This document shows positions 1 through 9,715 of a stretch of 52,476 nucleotides of DNA, piece by piece. Position 1 is the stretch's first letter. The number at the start of each line of letters is the position of its first letter. The position numbers were made by a program, and so were the translations under genes. A model generated the notes under the pieces. It was not told where the DNA came from, searched no databases, and was given only the letters and a program-made list of their open reading frames with translations. This stretch comes from Candidatus Woesearchaeota archaeon (GTDB lineage Archaea; Nanobdellota; Nanobdellia; SCGC-AAA011-G17; JACPIM01), in contig CAYWEX010000001.1 of the NCBI GenBank assembly GCA_964457785.1, positions 1 to 52,476 on the forward strand, given 5' to 3'.

Positions 1-361
1 CTCTTTTTAATTCAGCTAAAGCTAATTTTAAATTTCTTTCAATAGCTGTAGAAATTCTGTACTGCCATTTTCTTAATCTGAAATATTTATTTCTACCTTT
101 ACCTGATAATTTGAAAATATCTCCTTTCTGACCTACATCTGTTCCTAATCCTCTGTCAAATTTTGTATAAGTCATAGGAGCACCAGTTCTTCTTCTGGAA
201 TCAGCTTGATCGTGATCAAATTCACGCCATTCTTGAGAGAAATCAATCATTCTTTCTTCTATTACAAGACCACAATCTTTACAGATAACTTCGCCTTTTT
301 CCTTATTAAGAATTAAGTTAATGCCTCCACAGTCTAGGCATTTTTTTACAAACTCTGGCAT
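1..361 (-). CDS. tfb: Transcription initiation factor IIB (5' part; runs off the window edge)
   Basis: Manual translation MPEFVKKCLDCGGINL...VICKDCGLVIEERMIDFSQEWREFDHDQADSRRRTGAP shows the Zn ribbon and B-reader EWRxF motif. Not in the ORF track. Confidence 0.95.
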   Translation of the reverse strand, partial: MPEFVKKCLDCGGINLILNKEKGEVICKDCGLVIEERMIDFSQEWREFDHDQADSRRRTGAPMTYTKFDRGLGTDVGQKGDIFKLSGKGRNKYFRLRKWQYRISTAIERNLKLALAELKR

Positions 362-503
362 TTTCTCCCCCGATATATTATTATGAATTTATTATAATAA
401 GCTTTATAAATAAATTACAATTCTTATATATAAAGCTTTCGGTTCATTTTGCAGTGATTTCTAAGTAGTTAAATTTAAATAAGAGTTTTTGATTAAAAAA
501 TAG

Positions 504-1457
504 ATGGAAAAAGCACCTTGGGAAATTGAAGCAGGATTAAGCAAAAGAGAATTACTTAGATTGGGTTTATATGGTTGTTTAAGCCTTTTAGCTGTGGGTT
601 TAGGAATTCCTTCTGATTATATTCCTGAAGAAAGATTATTTAATGGAACATATGGTAAAATACTAAAAAGAATTCGACCAAATGCACCTAACCAATTATA
701 TATTATAGGACAATATCATAGTTTAAATATTTTAGATGACGATTTACAAGAATTATGGGGAAAAGTTAGTGGTGAGAAGACAGATAAAAAAGTTGATAAA
801 ACTCAATTTGAAATTTATAGAATCATTGGTGGATTAATCAAAAACAGAGGGATAAATCTAGTTTTAGCAGAAGGGGCTTTTTCTGATGAAGATAATAAGT
901 GGATTAGAGATCTTATTGATTTAGTAAAAAAAGATTTTAGATCTTCTTTAATTGAAGAATTTAAAAGAGAAGGTAATGATTCTAAATTAGAATATATGTT
1001 ACGAGATGTAGAAGTTGTCAAAGAAGCTGTATGGCTTTCAGGATTTGTTTACGGAATAAATATTCAGGGAGCAGAATCTAGAATTCTTCATGAAACACAA
1101 AGAGCTGCTGCAAATTCATATATAAGACTTTCACTTCTTGGAAAAGAAGATTCACTTGAAGATTTAAATGACTATGTTAAAGAACTTAGATCAGCAGAAA
1201 TATTAAAAAATTCTCCAGAAGTAATTGAAAGAGAAATAAAAGCTGGAAGAGTAAAGAAAAGAGAAGCCATTATAACAATAGGTGCTGGTCATCTAGGTGA
1301 AATGATTAAATTTATAGAAGAAGATCATATAACTATAAAACCACCAAGAGCTGATTTAGATGAAAGGGATGAAGACCTTCATTTAAAAGGAAAAGGATAT
1401 GGAGTTACAATAATTGTCCCGAGAGAAATTCTAAAAAGAAAGATTTTAGAAAAATAA
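504..1457 (+). CDS. Hypothetical protein with an N-terminal hydrophobic segment
   Basis: 317-aa ORF with an upstream TATA-like box; no family recognised with confidence. Confidence 0.75.
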   Translation: MEKAPWEIEAGLSKRELLRLGLYGCLSLLAVGLGIPSDYIPEERLFNGTYGKILKRIRPNAPNQLYIIGQYHSLNILDDDLQELWGKVSGEKTDKKVDKTQFEIYRIIGGLIKNRGINLVLAEGAFSDEDNKWIRDLIDLVKKDFRSSLIEEFKREGNDSKLEYMLRDVEVVKEAVWLSGFVYGINIQGAESRILHETQRAAANSYIRLSLLGKEDSLEDLNDYVKELRSAEILKNSPEVIEREIKAGRVKKREAIITIGAGHLGEMIKFIEEDHITIKPPRADLDERDEDLHLKGKGYGVTIIVPREILKRKILEK

Positions 1458-1838
1458 TTATTGTTTAACTAAAACTGCGTTAATAGTGCCTTCCTGACCT
1501 GGCCTGGATGTTATTCTTGCTACACCTTTGTCAGTCTTGATTAAAGCACCTTTTGTCATAATATTACGCCTGATAAAGTTTCTATTTGCCAAGTTTTCAG
1601 TAATTGTAATTATCTTTAATTTTTCGAATTTCTTAGTTTTAGGATCATAAACATTAGCAATGTTACTAGCAAGTAATTTTTGCTTTTTATTTCCAGCCCT
1701 TGTTCTTTCTCCTTTAACTTTTCTTTCACCTAACAATGTTAAAGTGGGAGAATGTCCTTTAGACTTCAATTTCTTGGGTGAAGGCTGATATCTTCCACCT
1801 GAAACTTTTCTTCTTGATCTGAATTGAGATATTGCCAT
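1458..1838 (-). CDS. rps8e: 30S ribosomal protein S8e
   Basis: SRRKVSGGRY, RTRAGN, RRNIMTKGALI and SRPGQEGTINAVL motifs. Confidence 0.97.
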   Translation of the reverse strand: MAISQFRSRRKVSGGRYQPSPKKLKSKGHSPTLTLLGERKVKGERTRAGNKKQKLLASNIANVYDPKTKKFEKLKIITITENLANRNFIRRNIMTKGALIKTDKGVARITSRPGQEGTINAVLVKQ

Positions 1839-1882
1839 TTTGTTTTTCTTATTATTAACTATTTAAAAGCTTTTCTGAGAAA

Positions 1883-2995
1883 TTAATTAATAAATTCTAT
1901 ACCTAATTCAGACTCTATTTCTTTTCTTAATTTCTGGCTTAATTTCTTTTTAGGACCAAAAATTTGAGGAGAATTTACACCAGTTACTATCAACATAGTT
2001 CTTATTGTATTTGACAAATCTTCTGAAATTTGGGCTCCCCAGATTATTCTTGCATTTGGATCAAGCCTGGATGAAATAGTTTCAACAACTTTTCTTGCTT
2101 CTTCCAAAGTCATGTCTGGACCGCCTGCAACATTAATCAAAGCACCAACAGCACCATCAATACTTACATCTAATAAGGGATTATTAATTGCTTTCTCAAC
2201 TGCTTCAACTGCTCTGTTTTCAGAATCACTTTCACCAACACCAATTACAGCAACTCCTCCTTTACCCATAACTGTTCTTATATCAGCAAAATCTAGATTT
2301 ACTAAGCCTGTTTTTGTAACTAATTCTGCTATGCCTTTGACTGAATTAGTCAAAATTTCATCTGCTACTTTGAAAGCTGTATGCAAAGGCAAGTCAGGAG
2401 CTAGATCTAATAATTTATCATTTGGAATTACAATTAATGTATCTGCCAAAGATTCTAATTTTTCCAAACCATACAAGGCATTATCATATCTTCTCTGGCC
2501 TTCCATTACAAATGGCATTGTAACTATAGCTACTGTTAAGGCCCCCATTTTTCTTGCTACTTCTGCAACTACAGGAGCTGAACCAGAACCAGTTCCACCA
2601 CCCAAACCACAAGTAATGAAAACCATATCTGCACCTTGAATTTTTTCCTTTATTTCATGTTCAGTTTCGCGAGCAGCATCTTCACCGACTTGAGGAATAC
2701 TGCCAGCTCCCAAGCCGTGAGTTAATGTTTTTCCAATAAGAATTTTAGTGTCAGCATTTGTGTATAATAAGTCCTGGGCATCTGTATTAATTGCAATTGT
2801 TTCTATACCAGTTATACCAACTTCAGAGATTCTATTAATGGTGTTATTTCCACCCCCACCGCAACCTACAACTTTAATTTTAGCTTTTTGCTTAGAGATT
2901 AATTCTTCTAGTTCAGCATCTAAAGGATTGGGATTGCGAGGCATAGAAGACTTAATGAAACCTCTTTCTTTGACATTATTTATCATACTATCCAT
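1883..2995 (-). CDS. ftsZ: Cell division protein FtsZ
   Basis: GCGGGGNN, GLGGGTGSG and NLDFADIRTVM motifs. Confidence 0.98.
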   Translation of the reverse strand: MDSMINNVKERGFIKSSMPRNPNPLDAELEELISKQKAKIKVVGCGGGGNNTINRISEVGITGIETIAINTDAQDLLYTNADTKILIGKTLTHGLGAGSIPQVGEDAARETEHEIKEKIQGADMVFITCGLGGGTGSGSAPVVAEVARKMGALTVAIVTMPFVMEGQRRYDNALYGLEKLESLADTLIVIPNDKLLDLAPDLPLHTAFKVADEILTNSVKGIAELVTKTGLVNLDFADIRTVMGKGGVAVIGVGESDSENRAVEAVEKAINNPLLDVSIDGAVGALINVAGGPDMTLEEARKVVETISSRLDPNARIIWGAQISEDLSNTIRTMLIVTGVNSPQIFGPKKKLSQKLRKEIESELGIEFIN

Positions 2996-3039
2996 TAAAT
3001 GGCTATAGTGAGAAGGTAGTATATAACTTTTTCTGAACT

Positions 3040-3753
3040 CTATTGTTTAGGTTTTGATTTGGGCTTTTCTGCAGGTTTTTTTTCTGGCTTAATCTGCTTT
3101 TCTTCTTTTTCTTTAGATTTAAACTCTTCAAATTTTATCTCTTTTATAGCTGGAAATATTTTCATGATTTTCTTTTTTAATTCTTCTTTTAATTTTTCAT
3201 CTGAATTCATTTTTAATTCTAAAATATTCTTGTCTAGTTTTACTTCAAATTCTTTAACGACTTTTGCAACAACAGATTCTATCTTTTCTTTTTCTTCTTT
3301 TAGAATTTTTCTTACTTCAATTTCAAAGATTAAATCTTTTCCTGATAATGGATGATTAAAATCTACAATAACTCTGCCACCTGAGACAGATCTTACTGTA
3401 CCAATTAAACCATTTATATTAACATTTAATCCTGGGAATGGTCTTAAGTTTTCTTTTGTGAATATTTTTATTGGGACTAATTTCAACAAACTAGGATCTT
3501 TTTTTCCAAAGCCTTCTTCTGATTTAATCTCTATTGTGCTTTTACCTTTATCTTTTCCAATTAATTTTTCATCTAATCCTTTTATTAATTCACCTTCACC
3601 AACACAAATTGTTATTGGTTTGTAAGTAAATCTAGGATTGTAAAGATTTTTTTCTTTAGCAATTTCTTCTTTAGTCAAGTCAAAGATTTCATTAGTATCT
3701 TTTATTTTACCAATAAAATCCAATTCTACAAAATCGCCTTTTTTAATTGCCAT
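3040..3753 (-). CDS. Archaeal long FKBP-type peptidyl-prolyl isomerase (SlyD-like)
   Basis: GDFVELDFIG, FDLT and VDFNHPLSGK motifs. Start taken at MAIKK (3753). Confidence 0.93.
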   Translation of the reverse strand: MAIKKGDFVELDFIGKIKDTNEIFDLTKEEIAKEKNLYNPRFTYKPITICVGEGELIKGLDEKLIGKDKGKSTIEIKSEEGFGKKDPSLLKLVPIKIFTKENLRPFPGLNVNINGLIGTVRSVSGGRVIVDFNHPLSGKDLIFEIEVRKILKEEKEKIESVVAKVVKEFEVKLDKNILELKMNSDEKLKEELKKKIMKIFPAIKEIKFEEFKSKEKEEKQIKPEKKPAEKPKSKPKQ

Positions 3754-3843
3754 TCTGAAACGAGTTTTTCTTATTTTTATAAAGGTTTCTAGATTAATTA
3801 TATAAGGCAAAAATTTATAAATTAAGTTTTTTTGTCAAGATTA

Positions 3844-4233
3844 ATGACAACGAAACAGGTGACTGCGAGCAGCCTTAAAAAGGGAAATACAGTAGTGTTT
3901 GAAGGTAAGTGTTGCGTTATAAGAGATATTCAAACAGGCAAATCTGGAAAACATGGGCATGCCAAGTCAAGAATTGAAGCAGTTTCTATTTTAGATGACC
4001 AAAAGATAATCAAAGTCATGCCAGGTGGAGACAAAGTTGAAGTTCCGCTTATTGAAAAGAAAACAGCCCAAGTATTGTCTGTAAAGGGAAATATGGCTAA
4101 TGTCATGGATATGGAATCTTATGAAACTTTTGATCTTAAAATACCAGAAGAACTAAAAGATCAAGTTAAAGATGGAATCCAGGTAATTTATTGGATAATG
4201 TTAGATCAAAAAATTATTATGCAGATCAAGTAA
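3844..4233 (+). CDS. eif5a: Translation factor aIF5A
   Basis: Hypusine motif KSGKHGHAK. The ATG at 3844 lies about 25 nt after TTTATAAA. Confidence 0.96.
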   Translation: MTTKQVTASSLKKGNTVVFEGKCCVIRDIQTGKSGKHGHAKSRIEAVSILDDQKIIKVMPGGDKVEVPLIEKKTAQVLSVKGNMANVMDMESYETFDLKIPEELKDQVKDGIQVIYWIMLDQKIIMQIK

Positions 4234-4257
4234 GCTTTTAAGAAAAAGCTTAATCAG
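4232..4257 (+). repeat. Dispersed ~30-bp palindromic intergenic repeat (representative copy)
   Basis: AAGCTTTT-N3-5-AAAAG(C/T)TT-AANCAAAAA-like copies also at ~4473, 10425-10501 (minus strand), 12690, 16264, 29219, 38200, 47373 (two) and 48658. Confidence 0.75.
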
Positions 4258-4300
4258 ATAAGTAAAAAATTAACAAGAAGATAATTAAAAGGAAAAAACC

Positions 4301-4474
4301 ATGGTAAAATTTGCAGAAGCAACATCAAGATTGTTTAAAGGAGTTTTTGTTTGTAGAAAATGCAAGACAAAAACAAGAGCAAATGTAAATAAGATCATTA
4401 AAAGAGAAGTTGCCTGTAAAAAATGTGGCAGGAGAAGTTTCAGGCCAATTAAAGGTAAAAAAACTCAGAAGTAA
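4301..4474 (+). CDS. rpl40e: 50S ribosomal protein L40e
   Basis: Manual translation MVKFAEATSRLFKGVFVCRKCKTKTRANVNKIIKREVACKKCGRRSFRPIKGKKTQK. Missed by the ORF track. Confidence 0.92.
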   Translation: MVKFAEATSRLFKGVFVCRKCKTKTRANVNKIIKREVACKKCGRRSFRPIKGKKTQK

Positions 4475-4509
4475 ACTTTTAAAAAAAGTTTAATCAAAAA
4501 TGGATAAAC

Positions 4510-5694
4510 ATGAATGTTGATTTATTATTAGCCATACTCTTTTACTTATTTCTATTATTAATATATTATTTTAACAAAGAAAAGTTTGAAGTCAAGGGAA
4601 AAATCTTTTTTATTTGTAGAACGCAGCTTGGAATTAAATTAATGGATAAAATTGCCAAGAAATTCAAGATTATTCTGAAGCCTTTAGCATATGTAAGCAC
4701 AATTGTTGGATTTTTAGGAATGGGATTTATTCTTTATATTTTAATTAAAGGAACTTTCGCTTTAATTTTTATTCCTGATGCACAACCAGCTCTAGCCCCT
4801 GTTTTGCCAGGAGTAAAAATTGATGGATTGCCAACATTAGGATTCTGGCACTGGATTATCTCTATTTTTGTTGTTGCTGTAATTCATGAATTTTCACATG
4901 GTGTTTTTGCAAGATTATTTAACTTAAAAGTGAAAAGCTCTGGTTTTTTATTTTTCGGCCCAATTTTAGGGGCTTTTGTTGAACCTGATGAAAAAAAATT
5001 AGAAAAACTAGAAAAAAGAAAACAATTAGCAATTTTATCTGCTGGCCCTTTTTCAAATATTTTATTGGCAGCATTAATATTTTTAATAATAAGTTTTGTT
5101 TCTATTCCATTACAAGAAAGAATTCTGGATTTTGATGGATTAGAAGTAAATAAATTAATTCCCAGCTATCCTGGAGAAAAAGCAGGATTAACTGTACCAT
5201 TTGAATTAGTTTCAGTTAATGGAAAAGAAATAAAAAATGTTTCTCATTTTGTCTCAATTACAGACCAGATAAAACCAAATGAAAAAGTTATTTTGGGAAC
5301 AAATAAAGGAGAATTTGAAGTAATTACTGCTGAAAACCCAGATAATTCTTCAAGAGGATATATAGGAATAACTAACTTCAATATAAAAACAAAATTCAAG
5401 CCTGGAATTAGTGATGGATTTGGAAATTTCTTGTTATGGGTATTAAAATTAATATTTTGGTTATTTGTTGTTAATTTGGGAGTTGGACTATTTAATTTAT
5501 TACCATTAGGTCCTATTGATGGGGGAAGAATGTTTTTAGTATTGTCTTCAATTATATTTAAAGAAGAAGAAAAAGCCAAGAAATTCTGGAGCTCTGTAAG
5601 TTACTTTTTATTAATTGTAATTTTTATTAATTTACTGCCTTTTTTAATTAAATTATTAAATTTTTTAATAAAACCATTTTTATTATTGGGTTAA
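4510..5694 (+). CDS. Site-2 protease (M50) with PDZ domain
   Basis: HEFSH zinc motif, GAFVEP, AGP and NLLPLGPIDGG motifs; multiple TM segments. Confidence 0.95.
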   Translation: MNVDLLLAILFYLFLLLIYYFNKEKFEVKGKIFFICRTQLGIKLMDKIAKKFKIILKPLAYVSTIVGFLGMGFILYILIKGTFALIFIPDAQPALAPVLPGVKIDGLPTLGFWHWIISIFVVAVIHEFSHGVFARLFNLKVKSSGFLFFGPILGAFVEPDEKKLEKLEKRKQLAILSAGPFSNILLAALIFLIISFVSIPLQERILDFDGLEVNKLIPSYPGEKAGLTVPFELVSVNGKEIKNVSHFVSITDQIKPNEKVILGTNKGEFEVITAENPDNSSRGYIGITNFNIKTKFKPGISDGFGNFLLWVLKLIFWLFVVNLGVGLFNLLPLGPIDGGRMFLVLSSIIFKEEEKAKKFWSSVSYFLLIVIFINLLPFLIKLLNFLIKPFLLLG

Positions 5695-5695
5695 A

Positions 5696-6478
5696 ATGTT
5701 AGTAGATGTTCACGCACACATAGACAGGTATAGTGAAGAAGAGTTAAAAGAAGTTATAGAAAGAGCTGAAAAAGGAAATGTCAAAGCAATAATTGCACAA
5801 GGCGTAAACCATGAAAATAATTTGAGAGTTCTTGAAATTTGCAAAAAATACAAAATTGTTAAAGCAGCTCTAGGGTTATATCCCTTAAATGCACTGAATG
5901 TCAAAGTCATTGAAGGATATGATGATTATGACAGAAATACAAAATTTGATGTTGATTCTACATTAGAATTTATTAAAAAAAATAAAGATAAAATAATTGC
6001 TGTTGGCGAGATTGGAATGGATTTAAAATTTTCAACAGACAAAGAGAATCAAATTAAGAATTTTACTAAAATAATAGAATTAAGCGAGAAGATTAAAAAA
6101 CCTCTGATTGTACATTCAAGAGGAGCTGAAAAAGAATGTGTGGAAATATTAGAAACTAGTTCTAATAAAAAAGTTCATTTACATATGTTTTCCGGCAATA
6201 AAAAATTAATAAAAAAAGCTGAATCTCTTGGATATTATTTTTCTATTCCTTGTATTATAAACAAATCATCACATTTTCAGATGATGACTGAAATTGTAAA
6301 TATAAACCAATTATTGACAGAAACAGACTGTCCTTGGCTAAGCCCTTTTCCAGACAAGAAAAATGAGCCTGTTTTTGTCAAGTATACAATTGAGAAAATA
6401 GCTGAAATTAAAAAGATGGATAAAATCGAAGTTGAGAATAATATATTTATGAATTATCAGAAATTTTTTTTGAAATAA
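5696..6478 (+). CDS. tatD: TatD family DNase
   Basis: DVHAH, VGEIGMD, IVHSR and ETDCPW motifs. Confidence 0.95.
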   Translation: MLVDVHAHIDRYSEEELKEVIERAEKGNVKAIIAQGVNHENNLRVLEICKKYKIVKAALGLYPLNALNVKVIEGYDDYDRNTKFDVDSTLEFIKKNKDKIIAVGEIGMDLKFSTDKENQIKNFTKIIELSEKIKKPLIVHSRGAEKECVEILETSSNKKVHLHMFSGNKKLIKKAESLGYYFSIPCIINKSSHFQMMTEIVNINQLLTETDCPWLSPFPDKKNEPVFVKYTIEKIAEIKKMDKIEVENNIFMNYQKFFLK

Positions 6479-6754
6479 CTATTCCTTAAAGCCGTGTCTT
6501 TTAAATAATTTATCAATCTTGTCTTGAATTTCTTTGTCTAAATCAACTTTACAAGTATTTGCAAGAATTATAGCTTCTAAAATAACATCAACAATCTCCT
6601 CTTTTAGGTTATTCTCATCAAACATATCTGGACGCATTTTTTTATTAGACAATTGCCTGGCAACTTCTCCCATTTCTTCTGTCAAATGAATATAAGAATG
6701 CTCTGGTGTAATTTCATAATTCTTGGATTTTGTTCTAAGTTCAACAAATTTCAT
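6479..6754 (-). CDS. MazG-like nucleotide pyrophosphohydrolase
   Basis: LTEEMGEVA...LKEEIVDV (EExxE...ExxD). The true start may be ATA at 6784. Confidence 0.85.
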   Translation of the reverse strand: MKFVELRTKSKNYEITPEHSYIHLTEEMGEVARQLSNKKMRPDMFDENNLKEEIVDVILEAIILANTCKVDLDKEIQDKIDKLFKRHGFKE

Positions 6755-6785
6755 AATTCTTTTTTCAACTTCTTTTATGTCTATT

Positions 6786-7373
6786 TTATAATTCTATAAT
6801 TTTTCCGTATTTTCCAGGGTTTAAAATAATTGTATCTCCTAGTTTATCTTCTTTTTTTTCATTTTCATGGAGATGACCGCAAACAGCAAATTTAGGCTTG
6901 AATTTTTTAATAAATTCCCTTAATGTTTTACTTCCCCTATAACTTTGCATATTGTCTAGATAATCTAATTTTGTTCCATAAGGAGGACCGTGAGAAACAA
7001 AAACTAATTTCTCAGTTTCTTCAAATTTAAGTTTAAGCATAATTTCTTCCAATTCATTATCTATTTTTGAAAATCCGCCAGTACCAAAACCAAAAAAAAC
7101 AACGTCATTTATCTTGAATTTTTTTAAATGGATATCAACTAAGAAATCATATTTTTTACAAAGTGCCTTTAATTCTGTATAATCTTCGTGATTTCCCGGA
7201 ATAATAACCATCTTTTTATTGGTTTCTTTAAATAATTTGATTGTTTTTTCAAGGTCACCCCAGTCAATTAAGTCTCCTGCGCAAACTAAAACATCAGCTT
7301 CTTTAGATTTATTTATTACTTGTTTTATTGCTGCAGGATTTCCATGAACATCTGTAAAAACCAATAATTTCAT
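6786..7373 (-). CDS. Calcineurin-like metallophosphoesterase
   Basis: DVHG, GDL, GNHE, HGPP and GHLHE motifs. Confidence 0.93.
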   Translation of the reverse strand: MKLLVFTDVHGNPAAIKQVINKSKEADVLVCAGDLIDWGDLEKTIKLFKETNKKMVIIPGNHEDYTELKALCKKYDFLVDIHLKKFKINDVVFFGFGTGGFSKIDNELEEIMLKLKFEETEKLVFVSHGPPYGTKLDYLDNMQSYRGSKTLREFIKKFKPKFAVCGHLHENEKKEDKLGDTIILNPGKYGKIIEL

Positions 7374-7410
7374 AGAAGAATTCTAATTTATAGGATTTAT
7401 AAAGATATTT

Positions 7411-7902
7411 TTAATTTTCAGCTAATTTAACTTTAAAATAGCTTTTGTAAAAACCTTTATCTCTTGTAAGCAATATATCAGCATTATTTTGAGCGTGACT
7501 TCCTATTAAAAAATCAGCAATAATATGATTTTTCCAAAAGATTTTCTGCTTGCATTTTTTACAAAAAAAACTATTTTTCTCACCACAAGATATACAAAAA
7601 ATTTCTTTATTTTTTATGCTCTTTATATATTCATTCCAAGATTCTGCTGCAGCAATTAAATCTTTATTTGTAAAGTTTACTAGAGAAATACCAAGCTCCT
7701 TTAAGAATTGATCAAGTTTCTGTTCAGCAGAAACAGCAAATTGCTTAATAAACTGAGTTAGTAATTCAGTATATACTATTGGAGATATAATCAACGCACC
7801 AAGATCATCATATTTCTCAATTGCCTCTTTACTGCTATTGTAAAAGTCCTTGTCATTAAGCAAGATATCTAATAAAATATTTGTATCAATAGCTACACTC
7901 AT
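7411..7902 (-). CDS. VapC/PIN-domain toxin with a CxxC...CxxC insertion
   Basis: IDTNILLD, VYTEL, IADFLIG and LLTRD motifs; CISC and CKKC insert. Confidence 0.9.
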   Translation of the reverse strand: MSVAIDTNILLDILLNDKDFYNSSKEAIEKYDDLGALIISPIVYTELLTQFIKQFAVSAEQKLDQFLKELGISLVNFTNKDLIAAAESWNEYIKSIKNKEIFCISCGEKNSFFCKKCKQKIFWKNHIIADFLIGSHAQNNADILLTRDKGFYKSYFKVKLAEN

Positions 7903-8105
7903 CGCAATTCTTCCATTATTTCTTCTGTTTTACCTTGTCCTAGAAATCCCTGATATTTACTGATTATAGAATCTTTTTTTTTCTTATGTAAAATTATTTT
8001 ATTTTTCACAATATCAAAATCTATTTCATCTCCAGGACCAATTCCCAGAATTGTTCTAACTTTTTTTGGAATTGTTACTTGGGATTTTTGAGTTAGCATT
8101 GGCAT
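7899..8105 (-). CDS. AbrB/MazE/SpoVT-family antitoxin
   Basis: TQKSQVTIPKKVRTILGIGPGDEI; 4-nt overlap with the PIN gene. Confidence 0.92.
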   Translation of the reverse strand: MPMLTQKSQVTIPKKVRTILGIGPGDEIDFDIVKNKIILHKKKKDSIISKYQGFLGQGKTEEIMEELR

Positions 8106-8119
8106 GATTATATAATAAG

Positions 8120-8153
8120 GTAATACTATTTAAATATTACTAATAAAGTAATA
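8120..8153 (-). promoter_or_regulatory. Probable autoregulatory operator of the TA operon
   Basis: GTAATA, TATTAC and GTAATA half-sites (TATTAC-N7-GTAATA palindrome at 8135-8153) overlap the TATA box upstream of the antitoxin. Confidence 0.55.
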
Positions 8154-8169
8154 CAAAAAAATAAAAAAA

Positions 8170-8277
8170 TTAATCTAGGGAATCATAACCTTGCATGAAA
8201 AAATACTCTTCTGCAGAGATTTCATCATCTTCAATTAATTCTTCCCTAAATTTATCTGAATAAATGCCTTCTTTCAT
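8170..8277 (-). CDS. 35-aa acidic small protein
   Basis: MKEGIYSDKFREELIEDDEISAEEYFFMQGYDSLD, preceded by a GGGGG RBS and directly after the 61-aa ORF. Confidence 0.7.
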   Translation of the reverse strand: MKEGIYSDKFREELIEDDEISAEEYFFMQGYDSLD

Positions 8278-8285
8278 TTTTCCCC

Positions 8286-8471
8286 CTACAACTCAATAAA
8301 TCTTGCTAATTCTTTCTTTGTGTCTCTTTCTAGATCTCTATAATCATAATTCAAATTACTCTTTGCAAATTTTTCAATTAAATGCAGAATATGCATTTCA
8401 ACTAACCTTTTCTTATACTCATCCCAATTCAGATATTTTGCGTCTTTTCTCCTAAAGTTTATCAACCTCAT
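8286..8471 (-). CDS. Hypothetical 61-aa protein
   Basis: Strong GGAGGTGA RBS upstream. Confidence 0.75.
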   Translation of the reverse strand: MRLINFRRKDAKYLNWDEYKKRLVEMHILHLIEKFAKSNLNYDYRDLERDTKKELARFIEL

Positions 8472-8490
8472 CTAGATCACCTCCAATATA

Positions 8491-8574
8491 CAAGAATAAG
8501 ACGATTTTATTTATAAGCGCTAGGCCGGTCCCCGAAATGTCCAGTGAATTTGTCCAGTGAAATTTATAAAGGGG
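8491..8574 (+). repeat. 84-bp perfect inverted repeat, left copy (ORB-like boxes plus TATA)
   Basis: Exact reverse complement of 13279-13362; contains TGTCCAGTGAA twice, followed by ATTTATAAAGGGG. Confidence 0.95.
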
Positions 8575-8596
8575 AGAAGTTCTAATTAAATAGTGG

Positions 8597-9652
8597 TTAT
8601 TGTTTAGAATTAAATTCTATGATGCTTGATTTTCCTCTTCCATTATTATTTTGGGTTTCTTTTTTAATTGCCAACCCTTTTTCAACAATAACATCAATTT
8701 TTCTAGAAAATGTTTTATAAGATTTTTTTCCCCCTGACTGTCGGTAAATAGAAAATAACTCAAAACAGCTTTTACCTGAATTTTCCTTTATTAAGTTCAA
8801 AAAAGTATTTTTCTTTTTCTCAGAATTCTCAAGTTTAACATCTTTTAATTTTTCAATTGCCTTTAAAGCATGGGATTCGAGGACTACTTTGCTTGATTCA
8901 TTTTCTGCTATTAAACCTGCTTCTTTTAACAAATAAATTCCTGATCTTATGTCTGCTTTTTCATGGGCTTTTTCTGAAATTAATTTTAAAGCATTTTCAT
9001 TAAAAACATTATTTACAAATCCAAATTCAACCCTTTGCTTTAAAATGCCATGAGTCTCCTCTAAATTATATGGCTTAAATTCAAGAATCTCAGGCATTAA
9101 TCTAGATCTTATTCTATTATCCAAATCTGATAAAAAATCTAGTTCATTTGTTATTAATATTAAAGTTTTTTTATTTAAATCTTCCAAGACCAAGTACAAA
9201 ATCTGCATGTCCTGGAGTTTATCAACTTCATCTAAAATCAAAACAACTGGTTTTTTGTTTAATAATTTAGTAATTTCTTTTATTAGTTCTGCTGTATGTT
9301 TGCCTAGAATAAACCTATATTTTAATTTGTCACAAATTTCAAGAACTATCTTATAGGCTGTATCTTTTTTCCAGCAATTAATATAAATTGGAATTACTTC
9401 TTCATCCAAGCCTTTTTCTTCTAATTCTCTTAAAACAAATTTTGAAGCTGCTGTTTTTCCTATTCCAGGAGAACCAGTTACTAAAAGATTTTTTCCATTT
9501 CTTTGCTGAAATAATGGTTTAATACAATCTGCAATGTATTTTTGCTGATTTTCCCTATATTTTATTATATTTGGCAAATATTCAAAATCCAAGGCAGTTT
9601 CATCTAAGAAAAGAGATTCATTGCCTTTTAGAGTATTATCAAATAAGTTCAT
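8597..9652 (-). CDS. cdc6: Orc1/Cdc6 replication initiator
   Basis: LDFEYLP..RENQ, Walker A GSPGIGKT, YINC, Walker B LDEVD, RIRSRL and FKPY motifs. Confidence 0.95.
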   Translation of the reverse strand: MNLFDNTLKGNESLFLDETALDFEYLPNIIKYRENQQKYIADCIKPLFQQRNGKNLLVTGSPGIGKTAASKFVLRELEEKGLDEEVIPIYINCWKKDTAYKIVLEICDKLKYRFILGKHTAELIKEITKLLNKKPVVLILDEVDKLQDMQILYLVLEDLNKKTLILITNELDFLSDLDNRIRSRLMPEILEFKPYNLEETHGILKQRVEFGFVNNVFNENALKLISEKAHEKADIRSGIYLLKEAGLIAENESSKVVLESHALKAIEKLKDVKLENSEKKKNTFLNLIKENSGKSCFELFSIYRQSGGKKSYKTFSRKIDVIVEKGLAIKKETQNNNGRGKSSIIEFNSKQ

Positions 9653-9715
9653 CAAATTACTATTAGAAAATCTAGATATAAAGTTTTTTGAATAAAGGAA
9701 TATATATTTTAGATT

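Noticed and set aside
2112-3355. Plus-strand ORFs overlapping ftsZ and the FKBP gene, and similar antisense ORFs throughout (e.g. 21673-22242, 41862-42440, 49566-49970)
   Set aside because: They are antisense shadows of well-supported genes, with no motifs or translation signals of their own.
8538-8561. TGTCCAGTGAA direct repeat as a CRISPR remnant
   Set aside because: Only two 11-bp units nearly abutting, with no spacers and no cas genes; an ORB-like reading fits better.
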